Shown here one piece after another: positions 63,791-64,000 of a DNA stretch of 64,000 nt. A program made the position numbers and the translations under genes. The DNA comes from Camelus dromedarius (lineage: Eukaryota), in contig NC_087436.1 of NCBI RefSeq assembly GCF_036321535.1, positions 13,950,001 through 14,014,000 of the forward strand. Direction: 5' to 3'. Every line of letters starts with the position of its first letter. The stretch's first letter is position 1. The notes below the pieces were generated by a model that saw nothing but the letters and a program-made list of their open reading frames with translations, was not told the origin of the DNA and did no database searches.

Positions 63791-64000
63791 ACTATTATCG
63801 TACAACTATAAATGTTCATTCTCCTGAGGTCCTCTTCCTCAGCCCTTATCACTTTCTACCCCACCGAGGGCCCTTTGTGACACTTGGGACAAGTGGCAGG
63901 CACATCTCTGAGGGCAGGGCATCCCCAGCGCTTAGGACAATGCCTGGCATAAGTGGGCACCAGATGTGTAATTGCTGAATGAATGAATGAATGCAGTACT

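Noticed and set aside
1..64000. CRISPR arrays, operons or prokaryotic defence systems
   Set aside because: The sequence is mammalian and repeat-rich, with no regularly spaced repeat-spacer structure or dense ORFs.

Overview
This is mammalian genomic DNA, almost certainly camelid (alpaca, llama or camel), judging from 13 tRNA-Ala(AGC)-derived Vic-1-type SINEs and young cetartiodactyl-type L1 3' ends. I recognise no host protein-coding gene. The only convincing long ORF is an intact L1 ORF1 (5782-6684), inside a TSD-flanked L1 that has lost nearly all of ORF2 (half-L1 architecture). A CpG island at about 29.2-30.0 kb appears to drive a compact, multi-exon, apparently non-coding minus-strand gene that resembles a snoRNA host but contains no identifiable snoRNA. 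Further promoter- or enhancer-like elements lie at about 1.3 kb (RFX X-box), 40.7-41.5 kb, 48.0 kb and 59.3 kb (SRE/NF-Y). The rest is interspersed repeats (L1, L2, MIR, MLT1, MER21, an ERV1-like solo LTR, MER20, MER58) and microsatellites. Repeat family names and exon models come from visual inspection only, and boundaries of old repeats are approximate. I see no clear evidence of a wholly new biological system. The best leads are the ORF1-only L1 and the unannotated minus-strand transcription unit.
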